A DNA stretch of 64,000 nucleotides from Ophelia neglecta (lineage: Eukaryota): contig OZ260662.1 of assembly GCA_965285935.1 (NCBI GenBank), forward strand, positions 49,476,001-49,540,000, in the 5' to 3' direction. The position numbers and the translations under genes are program-made. This document shows positions 21,673-36,600 of the stretch, piece after piece (the first letter of the stretch is position 1; every line of letters begins with the position of its first letter). The notes beneath the pieces are model-generated. The model searched no databases. It saw nothing but the letters and a program-made list of their open reading frames with translations, and had not been told where the DNA came from.

Positions 21673-24600
21673 GTAGGTTACTTTCCCATTGTTGTTCATC
21701 AGCAGCCATGTGCCTGTTGATACATTAGCAACAGAGACCTCCTGCTTTGTCGAACATAAATAGGCATTCACGCTTGGTTTGGGGGCTTTCAATGCAGATG
21801 GTTGCACCACAAAAACAATCTGAATGGGTGCTTTTATGTTAGATCTGTAATATTTACCCAAGCAAATGAATGGCATTCATTTTATGTGTATTTTATAGAC
21901 TCCTCAAACTATCAACTGGATTACGACTAAATGGAAACATGCCCTCCACACAAAAGTTTATGACTGCTCAGAATTTTAGGTGCTAAGCTTCTTTTATTCA
22001 GTAACAGTCGTCTAGAATCTGTGTGTTTAAGCATCACTTAGGTATGGTTATGATTTTAAGAGAGACCAGATGACATTATGATGTGGTTACTTCTACAAAA
22101 CTCAGCCCCAGATGACAATAGCATTATGCAGGTCAATGGTTTTGTGGAGAGGGCTCGTGTAGTCGTCTCTATGTTGTTTGTTTTTCCTCTGTTTGTAAAT
22201 GGGCCGCGAAGAATGCTACAAGACAGGCGGTTTTTGGTACATGGAAAACTTGTGTAAGGTAACAAATTAGTTGTAGGTTGCTTGACTGTGTTAGTGAACG
22301 AGACAGGCAAGGCAGACGATTCAGTTTGCACACGAATCTCACACCTTCCTTTTGACTGTATAACCCATGAAATTTATAAAGTGCCCGTTCTCCCCCCAAC
22401 AGAAATATTAGAAGCAGTGTTGCACTGTAGTCTTACTGATGCCATGATGAATTTGTGTTAAATTTATGTCATGCGAGTGGTGGTTGTTTAAGAATGTGAA
22501 GGGGTAAATTTGATATACCCTCGCTTTTCGGTCTGTTAGTTCGGATGAACGTTTGGTTTATGATAGGTGTTCAGCATGCCTACACAAGGCTTGCACTACA
22601 GTACCAGAGTAATTTTCTTAACTATACCTTCTTTATACTTCATCCGCTATTATATGTAGTATAGTGGGGTATTATTAGGTGATACAACTTTGTAACACAG
22701 GTAAAAAACGCACCGAGGGCTTTGGTTATTGAAGTGGGACAGTCATTCTGCTTTCTTAGTTTTAGAACAAGGCATAAACATCTCTAGAGGCCTACTTTAC
22801 TGAACAAGGACTGACAGTTTAAAAACCTATAAAAGTGAACACACTGTCTTCTCATTTCACATCCCCATAACATGATATTTCATGTAAGGTATGTATTTGG
22901 ATTGTGGATATATACTTTCGTATTAAGAGCTGCATGTTACTTAATTGGTGTGAATATACAAAAGGATATTTGCCTTTAAATGATATCACATTCCGTATAG
23001 GCCTAGTCCCTGTTTGACATTGGATAGGACTGTATAGCTCATATATATATGTTATGAATACATAATCTGTCGTCCTGTGTTCACACAAGCTTAGGCCTAT
23101 GTTTCATTTTTCATTTACATTTGACAGAGTATGGATTCCTATTTTAAACACATCATCTGACATAAAATGTGGTCTTTTATGGATATTAAAGGCACTAGCA
23201 GCTTACAGTTGACGTTTTTATCGGATCCGAAAGAGCTAAGTGATTTTAGCATCCCCTGACTACTGGATATTGATCGGAGCGAGGCTCATTACGGATGAGC
23301 TTACTGAATCACACATCGCTCCTTGTGTCAAACAAGGCATCTGTCGTCGCTGAGAACCAACAAAAATGACTTGCTATAGCTAATAGTGAACTCCAATTTA
23401 TGAAAGTTAGGTAAATATATAATGCCGTTTTATTTGTCTTGGAAAAGGGCGCTTGTCTGGCTGTGCTGTGCCCTGGCCAGAGGTAAGACCTGATTGCTTG
23501 CATATGTCTCTCATCTAAGCCGGCAGCCAACAGTGGTTGACAGTTGCAACTCTGTACAAATACGAGTGAATACCTGTGCAAATATGCCAACAAAGCTGGA
23601 GGTTTGGGAGGTCCGCGTGCCGGCTTTGGCTGCATACATATTAGATGTAATGACAATATGAATATCCTCGAAATGTCACTCGACCTTCCGCCGCCCGTTC
23701 ACTGGCAGGATGTAAACGGAGATGTGAACTAGGTAAAACCGTGTGACAAGCAGGCTCATCCAACCACAGCTTATTACAATAAGATTATCTCGTGTCCTGA
23801 ACATGTTGAATAGGACCCAAACATTCACGAGTCTACCTGTTGCGGAAGTCCAAATTACAGCATCGGCATAACAAAGCATGTGTAACGAGACTTATTATTA
23901 CTGGCATTTCACTAGTCCTCAAGTGAGATCGATAATGAGCATGTTTTATCAGTGAGCACTCTCATTGTAAACTCGGTATCTGATTGTTGAAATACATGTA
24001 TGGAATTAATCGTCCGAACCCCTATGAATCGGGCGCGTAACGGCAGGTGTGTTGACTTTCTGCTTGGGCGAGCCCTTTTTATTAATGCCAGCTTGATCGA
24101 TGGATCGCTCTCTAAATTAATATAACGAGGTGGTCAGGATCGGTATTATTAATTTCAATTTCACTGTTTGAGTGATAGTATTTTTCCACAGTGTAAGCCT
24201 TAATAGTTTTTTTTCCCGAAACTCTCTTTATCTATTATTTTGCAATTGATCCAAGCCTGTGCCGCAGGTTCTGTCGATGCCATGGTACATATAGTTATTG
24301 TCGTTGTATTACTTTTTAAGTAGGTTATCCTGTTAGTTGCGATAGGCGAGGTCGTGTATTAGGTGCATTAAATTATCCCATACCAAACTCGATCAAAACT
24401 TTAAGCAAGAAATGTATCAATAGCTAAGTGCCTAGGAATCCTTGGTATTGTGGGCATGGCGACGGGCGATGGAGCGATAGAGGCTCCCGGAGGATGGAGG
24501 CATAGAGCCGCTCGCTCGGCAATCTGAGGAGGCTGGCTCCGGAAAACCCCAGCCAGTCTGATGTTTGGAGAGATATCGGAAATTACTTGTCAAATACCAA

Positions 24601-27600
24601 ACCATCCAATAGCTTGGGCTCTGTATCGACTGATTTCCCTGGCAAAACGAGCCCTTGATTGCATCGTAAGGTTATTTGAGTCAATTTGTCGGTCGAAATC
24701 GCTGTATTATGGCCAGCCAGCCAAGAGGTCCGCCGTTTCTATTTGGTTCGCTCCGAGAGTGGCGTCAAACCCCCGCCCCAGTTGAGCCTGGCAAGACAGG
24801 GAAATTGATTTCTTGCGACTGGTTTTATTTCCCTATGGTTCCTGCGTTCTCCGAGCCTCCGAGCCGGGGAGAGACGGCATGCACAAGGCCGATATTGGCG
24901 GTTATTTCTCTCGGCGGACCGGCAATCGTCCATTGATTTGTCTGGGGCGGCAACTGATTGGGAGGGTGTCTCTCCTCATCCCCTGAGAATTGTCACTTTT
25001 GACGTTTATAGAAAGTGGCTAGCTATATTTCTGATATCGATGCTGGCAGCAGGACGTCCTTGTACACAACGGAGACTTTCACAAATGAACCTGTCTTAAA
25101 AGCTCTGTCACTAATGGAGAGTCATCACAAACAAATTCAGTGGAATCATCCCAATAGGCCCCAATATTTCTGTATTAGCTATACTGATATAAAGTTGTAT
25201 CGTTTTTCTACATATGGAAAAAAGTAGCTACCAGGCCCATAAAGCTATAGCCCTTTATTCCAATGTGGTCTAATCATAGATTGGTTCCATGCCACATCTC
25301 AGAGGGATCAGCCATGACCCCGGAACCAAAGTGGGGCGCCATTCCGACCGACTCGCTACCCAACTTTCATTGGGCTCGGACGTCAAGTGGCTTGTCAGCC
25401 CACACATTCTTACACATCTATTTTCAGTCTTATTTGATATTTGCCTAGCTTCATGCCTGTGAAGAAATGTGAAAGTCTGTGAGTCTGACAATGTTGCTTT
25501 GGTTGGTTTCTACAGTCTCTATATATTGCCTTAGAGCCAGATTAACTTCTAGGCCCATCCAATACGATCTGATGCATTAGCCCAACCCACTCATGAAATT
25601 TTGCCTACTTTTTTTATCCCTCTTTATCACACCGTACATGGTGGCGGTATATAACCGCAGGGTATGTTTCTGTGTGGAGAGAAGTCCAACCGTGAGAAAT
25701 CATACAAGGAACTCGGGACATATATATGTATATAGCTCTCTTACTGCCATCATTGTTCCTTCTCCTTGCCCGCGATCCAATCACCCCCAACCAACCTGAA
25801 CCACTGTTCCCCCTCTCCTCGTATGTTAGCTAGATGCACACGTGATAATTCACAAATGATGGCCTTTGATGAAAGGTATCTGTTTTGTAAATTCATCTGA
25901 ACACCGTCGTGCAAGGTACCAGTGTTGGTTTTTGCTGTAAATGATACCCTAGAGGAGAAGTTGGGTTTTCAAAGTCACCCAAGTGTCGTAACGATAAGAC
26001 GTGATATTTTTGTCAGGTGTCACCATAGGGGGAGAATCAGCCCTCTGATCTAAAAACCGTCATCGCAACTCAACAACACCTCTTAAGATTCGGCTGAAAA
26101 GCATAAAAATGTACATCAAGATAAGGCTGCGTTTCGCTCTTGAGGCTTTATCGGAAAGAACCTAAACTACCACCACTCTAAGAAAGGTTGATAGTGACTA
26201 ATATTATGGGGAGTTGATGGCAATATGTGGGAAGAGATAAGGGGGCTGTGTCTGATGAGAACCTGGTCATATACCTCTCTAAAGGACAGGTGAATGGAGG
26301 AAACTGACGACAGGTTTGTTGTGCAGTCCGGCCAGGTTGTTGATATGAAAAGCTAAAAATACCTTCGCAAAAACAAATTCATCTTACGATAAGACGGATT
26401 TGACAGATGCTTAATTATAAGAAGGGTAAGGATATTTGAGGCTTGTCTAATATTTATAGCCTGTTACGTCGACGATACAGATGAAGAACTCGTCAGATGT
26501 CAGATCGGGACTTGATGTTAGCTCTAGAATTCCCTTTTCAACAGCTCATCAGTTCTGAACACAGTTATCTGTTAGTATATTGGCCATCTCTGCTTTCCCA
26601 AATTCTATACATTCCAGTCTCTCTACTCACTCGAGTAATTATGAAATCTACCTTGGATCTGGAGCGTAATAGAATGTTCAGATTTCTGGTCCATATCATT
26701 TCAATTATTAAATCAAACTAATGACTATTGAAATACTGGTGGCACGATTATCATGGATGTAAACACATTGAAATGCAGCTGCTGCCATACACTTTGCTCT
26801 GTTCATTATGAAATACCACACATAGTATTATCTAGCAGGAAATACGCATAAATAGATTAGTTTTTTTGTGTCATTCCTTTTATCCAAGGAGTTTTTCGCT
26901 GGGATAGGCGAGCTGACAATTGTGTAGTTTACAGCTGAATGACATTACTCGAATCTTCTATAGTTTTTTTTTTCTGAACCAACCTCTTTCATTCGCGTGG
27001 ACCTGTTTGGTTTCTGTAACCAAATCATAACATTTGTTTTGTGTAAGCATACGAAGAATAATATCACCATGTGTTGTGTGCGTAGCAACCCTCGTGAGAA
27101 TAAACATCATATTGGCTAGAGCACAATGCACCAAACGTGCCTTGTTTTCCCTCTAATTAGATACAGTTACTTAAGGGATACCATTTCTCTTGTAAATTGT
27201 GATTTAATTGCTTTGATACAGTGCTCAGAATGCTATGAAAACAGGCTAAAACTGGCTCAAAACAAACATCAGCCGCAATCGTTTACTCAGATGCTACACC
27301 TGCAGTGTAGCTGGCACACTTCAGAGTGTTGGCTAAGCGCTATTTTTCACTCGTAGCCTCCAAATGTGCCATACTTCAAACTTTATTAAGTGATCCCTGC
27401 ACCTTATCAGCGGCCCCTGTGGGGCTCGTGAGGCCGGAGTAGGTTTCTCCCTCGCAGACAAAACCAGAAGGACACCCAGCAGAGAGCGACTAGCTAGAAA
27501 AAAAGGCTATAAACTCCCTCGGGAATATATTGAAGTGTTTTAACCCTTCTTTGAGCTAGTAATACTCAGTATACTTGAACTCTCCCTGTTGAGAGAGGGA

Positions 27601-30600
27601 GGATGAGTTATCTCAGGGTGTGAATGCTCAATATTTGAGCCGACCACTTAAAGAAATGCAGCTGTGTCTTGAGGGTGTATTGTCTGCTTCTGATAATGTT
27701 TAGGCCCGAGTTTAGGATTTGAAAGATTTATCACCAGCAGGAAGGTTGATCAAGAAAAAGTGCTTAACTAAGACACTGACCTTGTTTTTTGGTTGATATT
27801 TTGGCAGAATGCCTGTTTGATAAATCATATACTTTTAGGTAGGCCGCTAGAGGTTGTTGAATGTTTTCTATTTCTAAACAGAGTATGCTTGCAAACATTA
27901 TGGCAAGTGGCTATGTGCACTTAGGCCCATGGCTCTTTTGTCTTATTTCCATCACATGATTTGTTTGAATGATACCAAAGTATGTAATCTGATTTTCTTC
28001 GACTAAGGCGGCACTTATAACCAAACTTTATGTCTCGACGTGCTGTGGAAAAGGAAAAAAACATAATCTGTAACTTGTTTTAAGACGAGGAATATGAAGT
28101 GTGTAGAAAAATGGCAACCGGTCTGTTTATCTCAAAACTCGCGCTGTCTCTGTGGCGACAGACAGTTAAGAGCCCCACATTCAAGCACTCGTATCTCCGA
28201 CTCCAACCTCCCTGGCAACACATCAGGAGCGCAGGTCAGGTCGGCTTAGATGGAGAAAACCTGTAGCGACTTGGTGAGTTTGGGGCTGGCTTGTGAAACC
28301 AATACCCCAGTCAGAGTACCAATTTCCATAACCTCTGACCCTTGATGAAATTATATATAGCTGTGCATAATAAGTCTGAAAGCCCCGAAGCTTGGCCCGG
28401 AGAAACGTGCTGTTATCAAAACGACTACTTTTTACGGGCACTCTTGAATTTCTTGTCGCTGTTAGCTGCTCTTGTTCGTGTGAAATCAACTATTGTTAGC
28501 GCAATCCAGTTTTTGTGGTAGTTTTCTTCCACAATCGGCGTAGCGGGCCTGATTAGGTAGGCACTCCGTCGAGTGAATTGCCTGATATCGCCAAATTTTG
28601 AACGTGTGTTCAATAGTTATGAATATCATACAGTAAATACTCAGGCAGTCATTATTCTTAACGACTTTGTCAGTTTTGTCTGTGACAATTGCCTTCGGCT
28701 GGGACCTAGGAAGTGACATGTCTGGGGCTCTGATGATCCTAGAGGGCATGTAGTTGGGATATTACTTCCCTTGAGGGTGTCAGCTTACTATTTTGGCTCC
28801 ACCATTCCAGTGGATCTCTCAATAGAAAAGGTGTTAGCTAGCATACACTCCACATAGTTGCCCTAAATGTGATATGATTGAAATCTGCCATTGATTAGCG
28901 TGTAGTCACCTTGTCACACGGACCGACCCAGGCCGGCCCGCCTCTGTGGTTTCTCGGTGAGAATACTTCCTGTGGTACTCAGTAAGCCAACTTTCCCTAT
29001 TGACTCACACAGTTTCACCCTATTCCATATTCTGACACTCTTGTTTGCACTCTTTTCAAAAACTTGCTCTCGAATTCAAATCAATATTTTGTTGTCATCT
29101 TATCGCGTTTGCTTGTGGACCGAGCTTTGACGGCCCAATGTGCGCTCTTTTGAGCGATGTTTGTCGAGAAATTTTAATAGATTTGTTTAAGACTTTGGAT
29201 AGATTTTCTTTCTGCATATGATACAATGTACACACTCGCTTGGCTCATCCATAACATGCAGGGGACCGGCTCTGACAGCTTGTCTAAATGCAATTGATAG
29301 ACTACAGGGCGCTTAGGCTTTGAACTGCCAGCGCGAACATTTAAGAGGGTCCACAAGCGCATTACACTCATGCAATATTTTCAAATTTTAGGAGGTTGTC
29401 AACTGACTGGCCTTTTGACATTTCTTGAATATTCTTATTAATACAGGAGTTGAGACACTCTGCTTGTTCTTACCTCTCTTCTTCAGTTGATTCTGGTAAG
29501 ATTGTATGATTAGATAGCACACTATGCAAGGACTTTGTTTACAAAAACGTAAGACGCAATGTGCATCTTAGTTTACAAATATTCAAAGGATTTTAACAAA
29601 CAAGTGACTCGATCGAACTTATCAGACCCGCATCGATGATAAATAACCTTTTCGATGAAATAACGATAAGAGATAAAAATAGGGCTGTTTATTTTCAGCA
29701 AAAATGCCTTCTTCTTGATCAAACTGATATGATTCATTTTAGTGACGTTTACTATCAAAACTGACTCAATTTATTTTGTTTTTTAGTTTGAAATAAGTAA
29801 GCTGGGCCGGCTGCCTGGCATGTTTTGTATTTGGATTGATGCGGTTTGACAAGCCTAGTATAGGAATACCGTACGATACTGTTATTTGATCGCTTATGGA
29901 ATAAAAAGAAAGCAAGATTGTACAAAACCGTCTCTTTAGTTGGCAATGTGTTCATAACCTTTGACCTGTGTCAGAAACATAACGTCTCTCCCAGACGGCC
30001 GAGTCAGTCACTTTCTCGTTAGGTTACTATAGTAATCCATGTGATGATTTCGTGCCGCTATAGGAGCCGGGTGTGACGGGAACCAGCCCATTACGGGAAT
30101 TATTTGATAATTGGAATCAATGTAAAAATCTGGTGTGGTTTTTTACAGAGACTGTGCTCTTATACGACTGTGGTTCTACAGGCTGGCACCAGACTCGACT
30201 CTGGTTTTGGCAGCCAGGTGTGTTGTATTAACCAGTTATCTCTGATAAGATTTAACACACTCCAAGCTTAAGTTCTGTCTTGACCCTGCCACGCAGTAAT
30301 GAGGACAGACCCGGTTGAATGGTACCCAGTGCTACCAACTTTTTTGCCAAGTAGACGAAGGAAATATTCGCTCTTTACTTGTAAGTGTAGGCCTATTGTA
30401 TTTTAAACATTTCATGTAATAGATTTTTTTACTCGAGCTTTTGAATTTTGCAGCCTTCCATGGTGCCTTATCTTCGGCGCAAATCACCCGACATTATAAG
30501 TCAGCTGACATTTATGTCTTTAGTGTTAGAATTTATTTACCTGCACCCCATGCTGCTTGTATTTACACCCGATGTATTGAAGAACATATACGTACTTGTG

Positions 30601-33600
30601 TTTAGTATGTCAAACCGCTTTGTTCTATGAAGGCTTGAAGACATTTTGTGAACTGTCAAGGTAAAAGCCACGTCGGCTTCGCCAGGTCTGTAAGGTTTGA
30701 TAAATGTCTTTTCTCACCTTTGTGTGAGCTGTGACCCGTTTCCAGAAAAGTGATAAAATCCGTAGAAGACAGTCAGTGTTTTGGGCGAGTCAAGATGTTT
30801 ATCAGCGATGATGTATGGCCCAGGAAAGAATGGCAAATTGCAGCTAGGACGGACCTGACATCCATCACTGAACACACATCGCCCCGGGGCATGACCGCGA
30901 ACACGGAACGCTGCTTGAAAATATGTCGTCTATTTCACACTAACTACTGTAACAAAAGCTAGACACACAGTGATACAATGCCCACGACATGTTGTGTATT
31001 CTACAAGAGCAAGGGGGCCGAAGAAACTTTAATCACAGAAAAAAAAATTATATATAGAAAGCTTTCATCTGATGATACACCATGCCATCACCCTTCCGGT
31101 TTAAATCATGAAGACAACATCAGTTGAAATGAACTCCCCCCTTTACAATGGTACATTTGATTAACGATATCTTCATAGAATGTTTATTGGCTAGTATGCA
31201 GTCTATAAATGGTGGTTTGTGGCGACAGGGAGATAATTTGAGTTACAATTCCCATGTAACCTATTGTAGTCATTATATGATTAAATTATGATCATAAAAA
31301 CTCATTTTTGCGTTGAATTTGACGGTCGTAATGGGATGATTCATTTTGGTGATGCAGGGTACCATACACGGTTATTACATGACAATAAATAGTTGTTTTA
31401 TTGTTCATATAACTCCATAATTGAACAGAAATATTGAAAAAAAGTTCTCTGTTAGTTCGCAGCATACAACGTTGACAATAAATTTTGGTTGCTGGTGATA
31501 AATCTTTGTCGTCAAATCAAAACACGAACACGCGTCATAAAAAGCAGACGGACAAACCACTGGCGCCAATATCACCATCCGGGCACCTTCGGCCTGAACG
31601 ATTGATCTCGTCATTGTTGATTTAAGCCAGGTGGCTTTAGGCTCGAAATCAATTATCAACTACATGCGATAGCAGTTTGATCAAATATCGAACACTTTAT
31701 ATTATAACAGACTGTAACGGATCAGATAACTTCCTTTGGTAGTCATGTGAAGGGGGCATCCATCTAAAGAGTGCGTTTTGCCATTGAGTATCTGTCCCCT
31801 GCCTACGGAAGGCCTATCATTATCCTAGGTAAACACCATGTCTAACAAGTCAGGCAGCTAGTCCGCAGCAATTTTATTGCAAAAACATGGTTGACACTAT
31901 TGTGCTGACTGATCTCACTATGTCGCTCTTGTGTTCAGAATATTGAATTTAGCCCGCTTAACTGAAAACGATCATTCAATCTACTCCCAGTCGAAGTCCC
32001 TCAGTATTCCACTTCATTTTCAGTTCCCACTGTTCTGTTTGATGTTCGATAAATGACATGACATAAATCAATACACATAGGTCTGTAGTTTAGTTGCTAT
32101 GAGCAGATTGTGTCAATCATGCCCTGAAAATTGATATGAATAAACTACCAATATTATGGTAAGTGTGGTACGGTCTACAATGATTATGTTGTGTTTATTA
32201 GAATTTATACCGATGCTAATCAGACAATAAATAAAGGCTTTTATGAACAAATTCAGATGTATACGATTATTGTGGTCGAAAAACTCACAAACTATATAAA
32301 TGCTGTAATTGAAAACTTGCTTTCTATATTGCTTTATGTTTATGGCAGTGAGAGTAAGATGTAAATCTGTAATCATTGTCCACCACCTGAAGTGGAACCA
32401 TTAAATTTCTTCTGAGTTGTGTTAGAATTCATTGCGAACTAAATCTATAGTAAACTTTGGTGCTGATTGCTGATATTTTTGGGGTATAATTTCATCAGGT
32501 CCCGAATTTGATCTGTCATCATCTTAGTTTTTTGTGGCATCTGTCTTATTTTTCATAGTATCTCTTGTTTTTTGGGGGGCACCAAGTCAGTTAAGGTCAG
32601 AAGAAGTCAGTTAAACTATAGAATAGTATCTGTGATGATAGCGAGATCAGCCCTATCAGTCTGCTGGACATGGTGGCACCTAGGTCGGTAAATTACACTC
32701 TCTGTCTGAGGGCAATGTTTTTTTAGACAGGGCAGGGGAAATAATGTACATTTCCCATATTTTGTTTTGTTGGTTTTAATCTCTGTACGATTACAACCCT
32801 GGGGTGTCTACTCTAGTCAATGTCTGTACTCCGCGATCTTGGCATTTCCTCTATTACCATTTAACAACAAACATGAACACTAGAACTCCCCTCGCTCATT
32901 CTAAACGTGGCTGATTCTTCTCGGTGTCATAGTCTGTGTCAGTTGAGCTTGTTTAGTTTGCCCCACGGACCTATCATTGCCTCTAAATATTTTCATTTCC
33001 TATTTTATAAACTTCCACATATATATTTATAAAGTCGAAATACAATAAGACCATTCAGTCAAGCCACAAGGAATATGGGAAAATCTTGAATGTCAGCCCT
33101 CTAAAAAGGGGCCATTTACATGTTTACTCAATAACATACACATGAGAACCAAGAAAGTGAAGACACAATGAGAAAATAAAACTACAACTAAATACACTAA
33201 AAGGGATAGTTACTCAACAACCAGCTCTAATATATTTTCGGAATTGTTTCCGCCTATGTAGAATTCAAACCACAATGGCGAGGGACTACACATGCTACAA
33301 AACCTGCCCATTCTCTTGCATACAAACATCCGGTATAAATGGGTTTCTTCCTTGAAATGTTAGTCAAATAATTACCAGACCGAATAGTCTATCCTTGGCG
33401 CCAAAGAAAAGTGTCCTCTTTGACTATCACCGAGGGTACCGAAACGGGCAGAAAATGACTATACTCTGCCTTTAGGCTCTAACAATTAATTCCTAAGAAA
33501 AAGATTCTTGAATCGGCATGTTTTGTTTTCAATTTGTACGAACATTAAATTCGTTACTAACTTATGCTAAGTTAGTGAATTCGGGATTGATGTTTTGGGG

Positions 33601-36600
33601 CCTGCAGCAGACGATTTAATTGACCTTTCTTACTTTGTCTACCGGGTATCCACCCCTGTTATCAGACCTAGGCATCGCTGGTGGGAGTAGATCCAATGGG
33701 TCCTGGAGCGACAGATCGCCAAGGAGGAACACTATCGTACTAGAACTTCCCGCAAGGACAGACAGAATTCCGGGTGTAGACCGGGTCCATTGGAGAGGCA
33801 ACTTCTCAGTATGGGAGCGGGTGACTGAAAATTACCCGAACGGGTAATTATTAACAATGGTTTACAAGTTACTTTTGGTTATTGCCCGTACATTGTACGC
33901 TCCCATACTGTACCAGCGGTCCTTTTGGTGGAGAGGGGCCCAGTCCCCCATTTTGAATGGTACCAGGAGTTCCTGAAGAGACATTAAACCAGAAGAACCG
34001 TCGTTAGTAGGTTCCTCCGACCGGATCGGCAAAAACCCAGGGTCCTGTCGTTGGGGAACTAGCGGGGTTCCGAGAATGCCCTAAAATCAGGGGCCACACC
34101 GAGGACGGAATAGCCGCGGTTCTCTGTTAGGAATATCTGAGTTTATCTCTTCTGCATGGACTCGGGGATTAGGGGTGTCAGAGAACAGGGATCCTGTAGA
34201 AGGAACTGAAGAAGGAAAAGGGGATCTGACGAGTGACATCGTTGAGAGAGAACACCGGAATTTTGGGCGTAGCAGAGTGCCAGAAGTATCATTTCTGGAG
34301 GAGAACCAAGAGTACCGGGACTGGCATTGTGCCCAGTAGTCCCATTGTTGGAGGAGAACTCTGCCTTGGCTTCGGGGTGGTCAGACACGGGAATCAGGCA
34401 GTGGCGGAATGCCAGAGGTTTCTTTTGGGAATAAAGTAAGGGTTACCCTTGCTGCCGGGGTCACATCGTTGGAGGGGGACACCGGTAGACATAGTAGTAC
34501 ACGAGAACCCATTCTTGTCTTTCATTAGCCAAACTTTCCAGCGAGATCCCATTGCTTGTGGAGACCACTGGCTTTGGAAGTAAGAGTCTGCTGAACAAGT
34601 GGGTCTCACGTGGGGCCCTGTAGGCCTGGCGTCTCATGATTATACGTGATATAGCATGATTCGTTCCCAGGAAAGGCTAACTTGCCTTGCTGTTGGCGGG
34701 ACTGGCGAATGTCCTTGGTTCCAGGGCGTGCTTCGTCCTCACGCTACAGGTTTGGGGTTACTAAGTACACACCAAGCCAGCCAGCACTGTGACAAGCCCG
34801 AGTGGCGAGACCTTCTCTCTGTGTTTTTATTTGTACTCCACTCGGCTGTCTACCGCGATCTGCGTGTCGTCCAATTGTCTTCTCGTGACCTGAATATTAA
34901 AACACGCTGATCTTAAACTGTAAGTGAAACAATAGGATGGACCCTCGTGTATTTTTGACAATTTAGGCCTACCGTACTTAACCGCACTTATCTGCAATCT
35001 CCTTTTAGACTAGGGACGACTACGGTGGCGTATACACCAATTATAAAGTGCCCAACTCTTAACTCGATTACTGAATATAGATAAACCAATATTATTAGGC
35101 GTTATAGTTATAGCTCTAAAAGATTGAAATATATTAACTCTGATTATGTTGTTCTTGTTCTCAATAAATGTAGTTCATATGTTACCCTGTTCTGTTACGC
35201 CCCTACCCCCGGGGGCAAATGTCACATTATGGGATTTATAATTCGGCCTCATATTGTTTATTTGTATAAACCATTTATTGTGTGTACCAAAAAGAGTTAA
35301 GACGGTGTAATCTTATAGATATAAACATGTTATAGAAAGAGAAGGAGAGAGATACCTGTATATTGCTTATTAACTATCTGCGGCTTTATGTTGGATTCGT
35401 AATGTTCATCCTATGAAGTTCTACCTGGATGTCAGATGTCAATCTCAAGGTACTGTCCGCCCCACCATGCCCGCCCCTTCCTGTGGCCAGTGGCCGAAAG
35501 CTCACACATAAACAACCCCTCACACATTCCCCTATAGTAAGCGAATGCGGTTTATTCTGTGTAAGAATTACAGAGAATGGGGTAATGTCAGAATGAGTCG
35601 TAACTAATTTTAAGGTATACTTACCCTGCGGGGGTTGGATGACTTACCTTAATGGGGTGAGCGCTCAACGGTGACGAACGATCTCCGACATGCCGCCAGG
35701 GTACAGGTCAAAGGTTAATACCCAATTGTCGATAATTGGTTCACCTTTTTTTTTAAATTTGTAATTCAGTATTTAGTTTCTTATATGAACCAATGGTTTA
35801 TCCATATATTAGACCTATGGGGAGTTGATTTTGACTAAAAGTTCTGCATTGACAGTGGGGAACTGCATGGAGTTCGTATTTTGAAAGTGATGTATTGGAC
35901 ACACTACAGGCTTGTTAATATCCGATTTCAGTTATCGGCTGACCGGAATGATTTGTGTTTTTGTAAGTCATAGTAAACTTCCTACTTCTTTATTTCAACA
36001 AAATAAACAATTGCAGTGAAATGATACTGACGCATCAAAGTCTGCTGATGTCGTCTGCAATCAAGCACAAGATAAATCTTCATTAAGCTAAGGGTTTAAG
36101 TGTGGAAAGGGTGATCAGTGAACACTTGGGAACCTTGCTGAGCTGGGATTTTTAACGAGCCCTCTCGCCAAGTTGGTCCGCGCTCACTGCCTATAACCTT
36201 CAGACCGATCATCGCCTGCTAGTTCTTCCAAATGTCGGCTGGTGGGGGCCGAAATCTGAAGACGCCTTGTTTTAAACTATTGTAGAATACTTCGAATTTG
36301 AAGCCGATATGCGGATAATTTTTTTTTTGGACAGATGATCAAAACCAGTGCCTGACTCTCCGAGCATTCACCATTGCGAAATATGCGATAATGATAAGTT
36401 AAAGCATATCTTCGACTATCTTATAATGAATAAGGTCAGAAACGGGAAATTCGAAGTGACAGACGTGGGCCAGTCGAATCTTTCAAGTGCCAGTTATCGT
36501 TTGGTTGGGCGTGAATGACGTGGGCAAGGCGCGGGGGTCACCGGTAAAGGTCGAAGAAGAGCAATGGAGGGCCACCCTGTTTAGGATAGGAGGTGATCTG

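Noticed and set aside
26252-31075. Hammerhead ribozymes at CTGATGA cores
   Set aside because: No correctly placed stem II, GAAA and cleavage triplet
35617-35650. U1 snRNA 5' end (ATACTTACC..GGGG)
   Set aside because: Similarity ends after about 16 nt; no U1 stem-loops or Sm site
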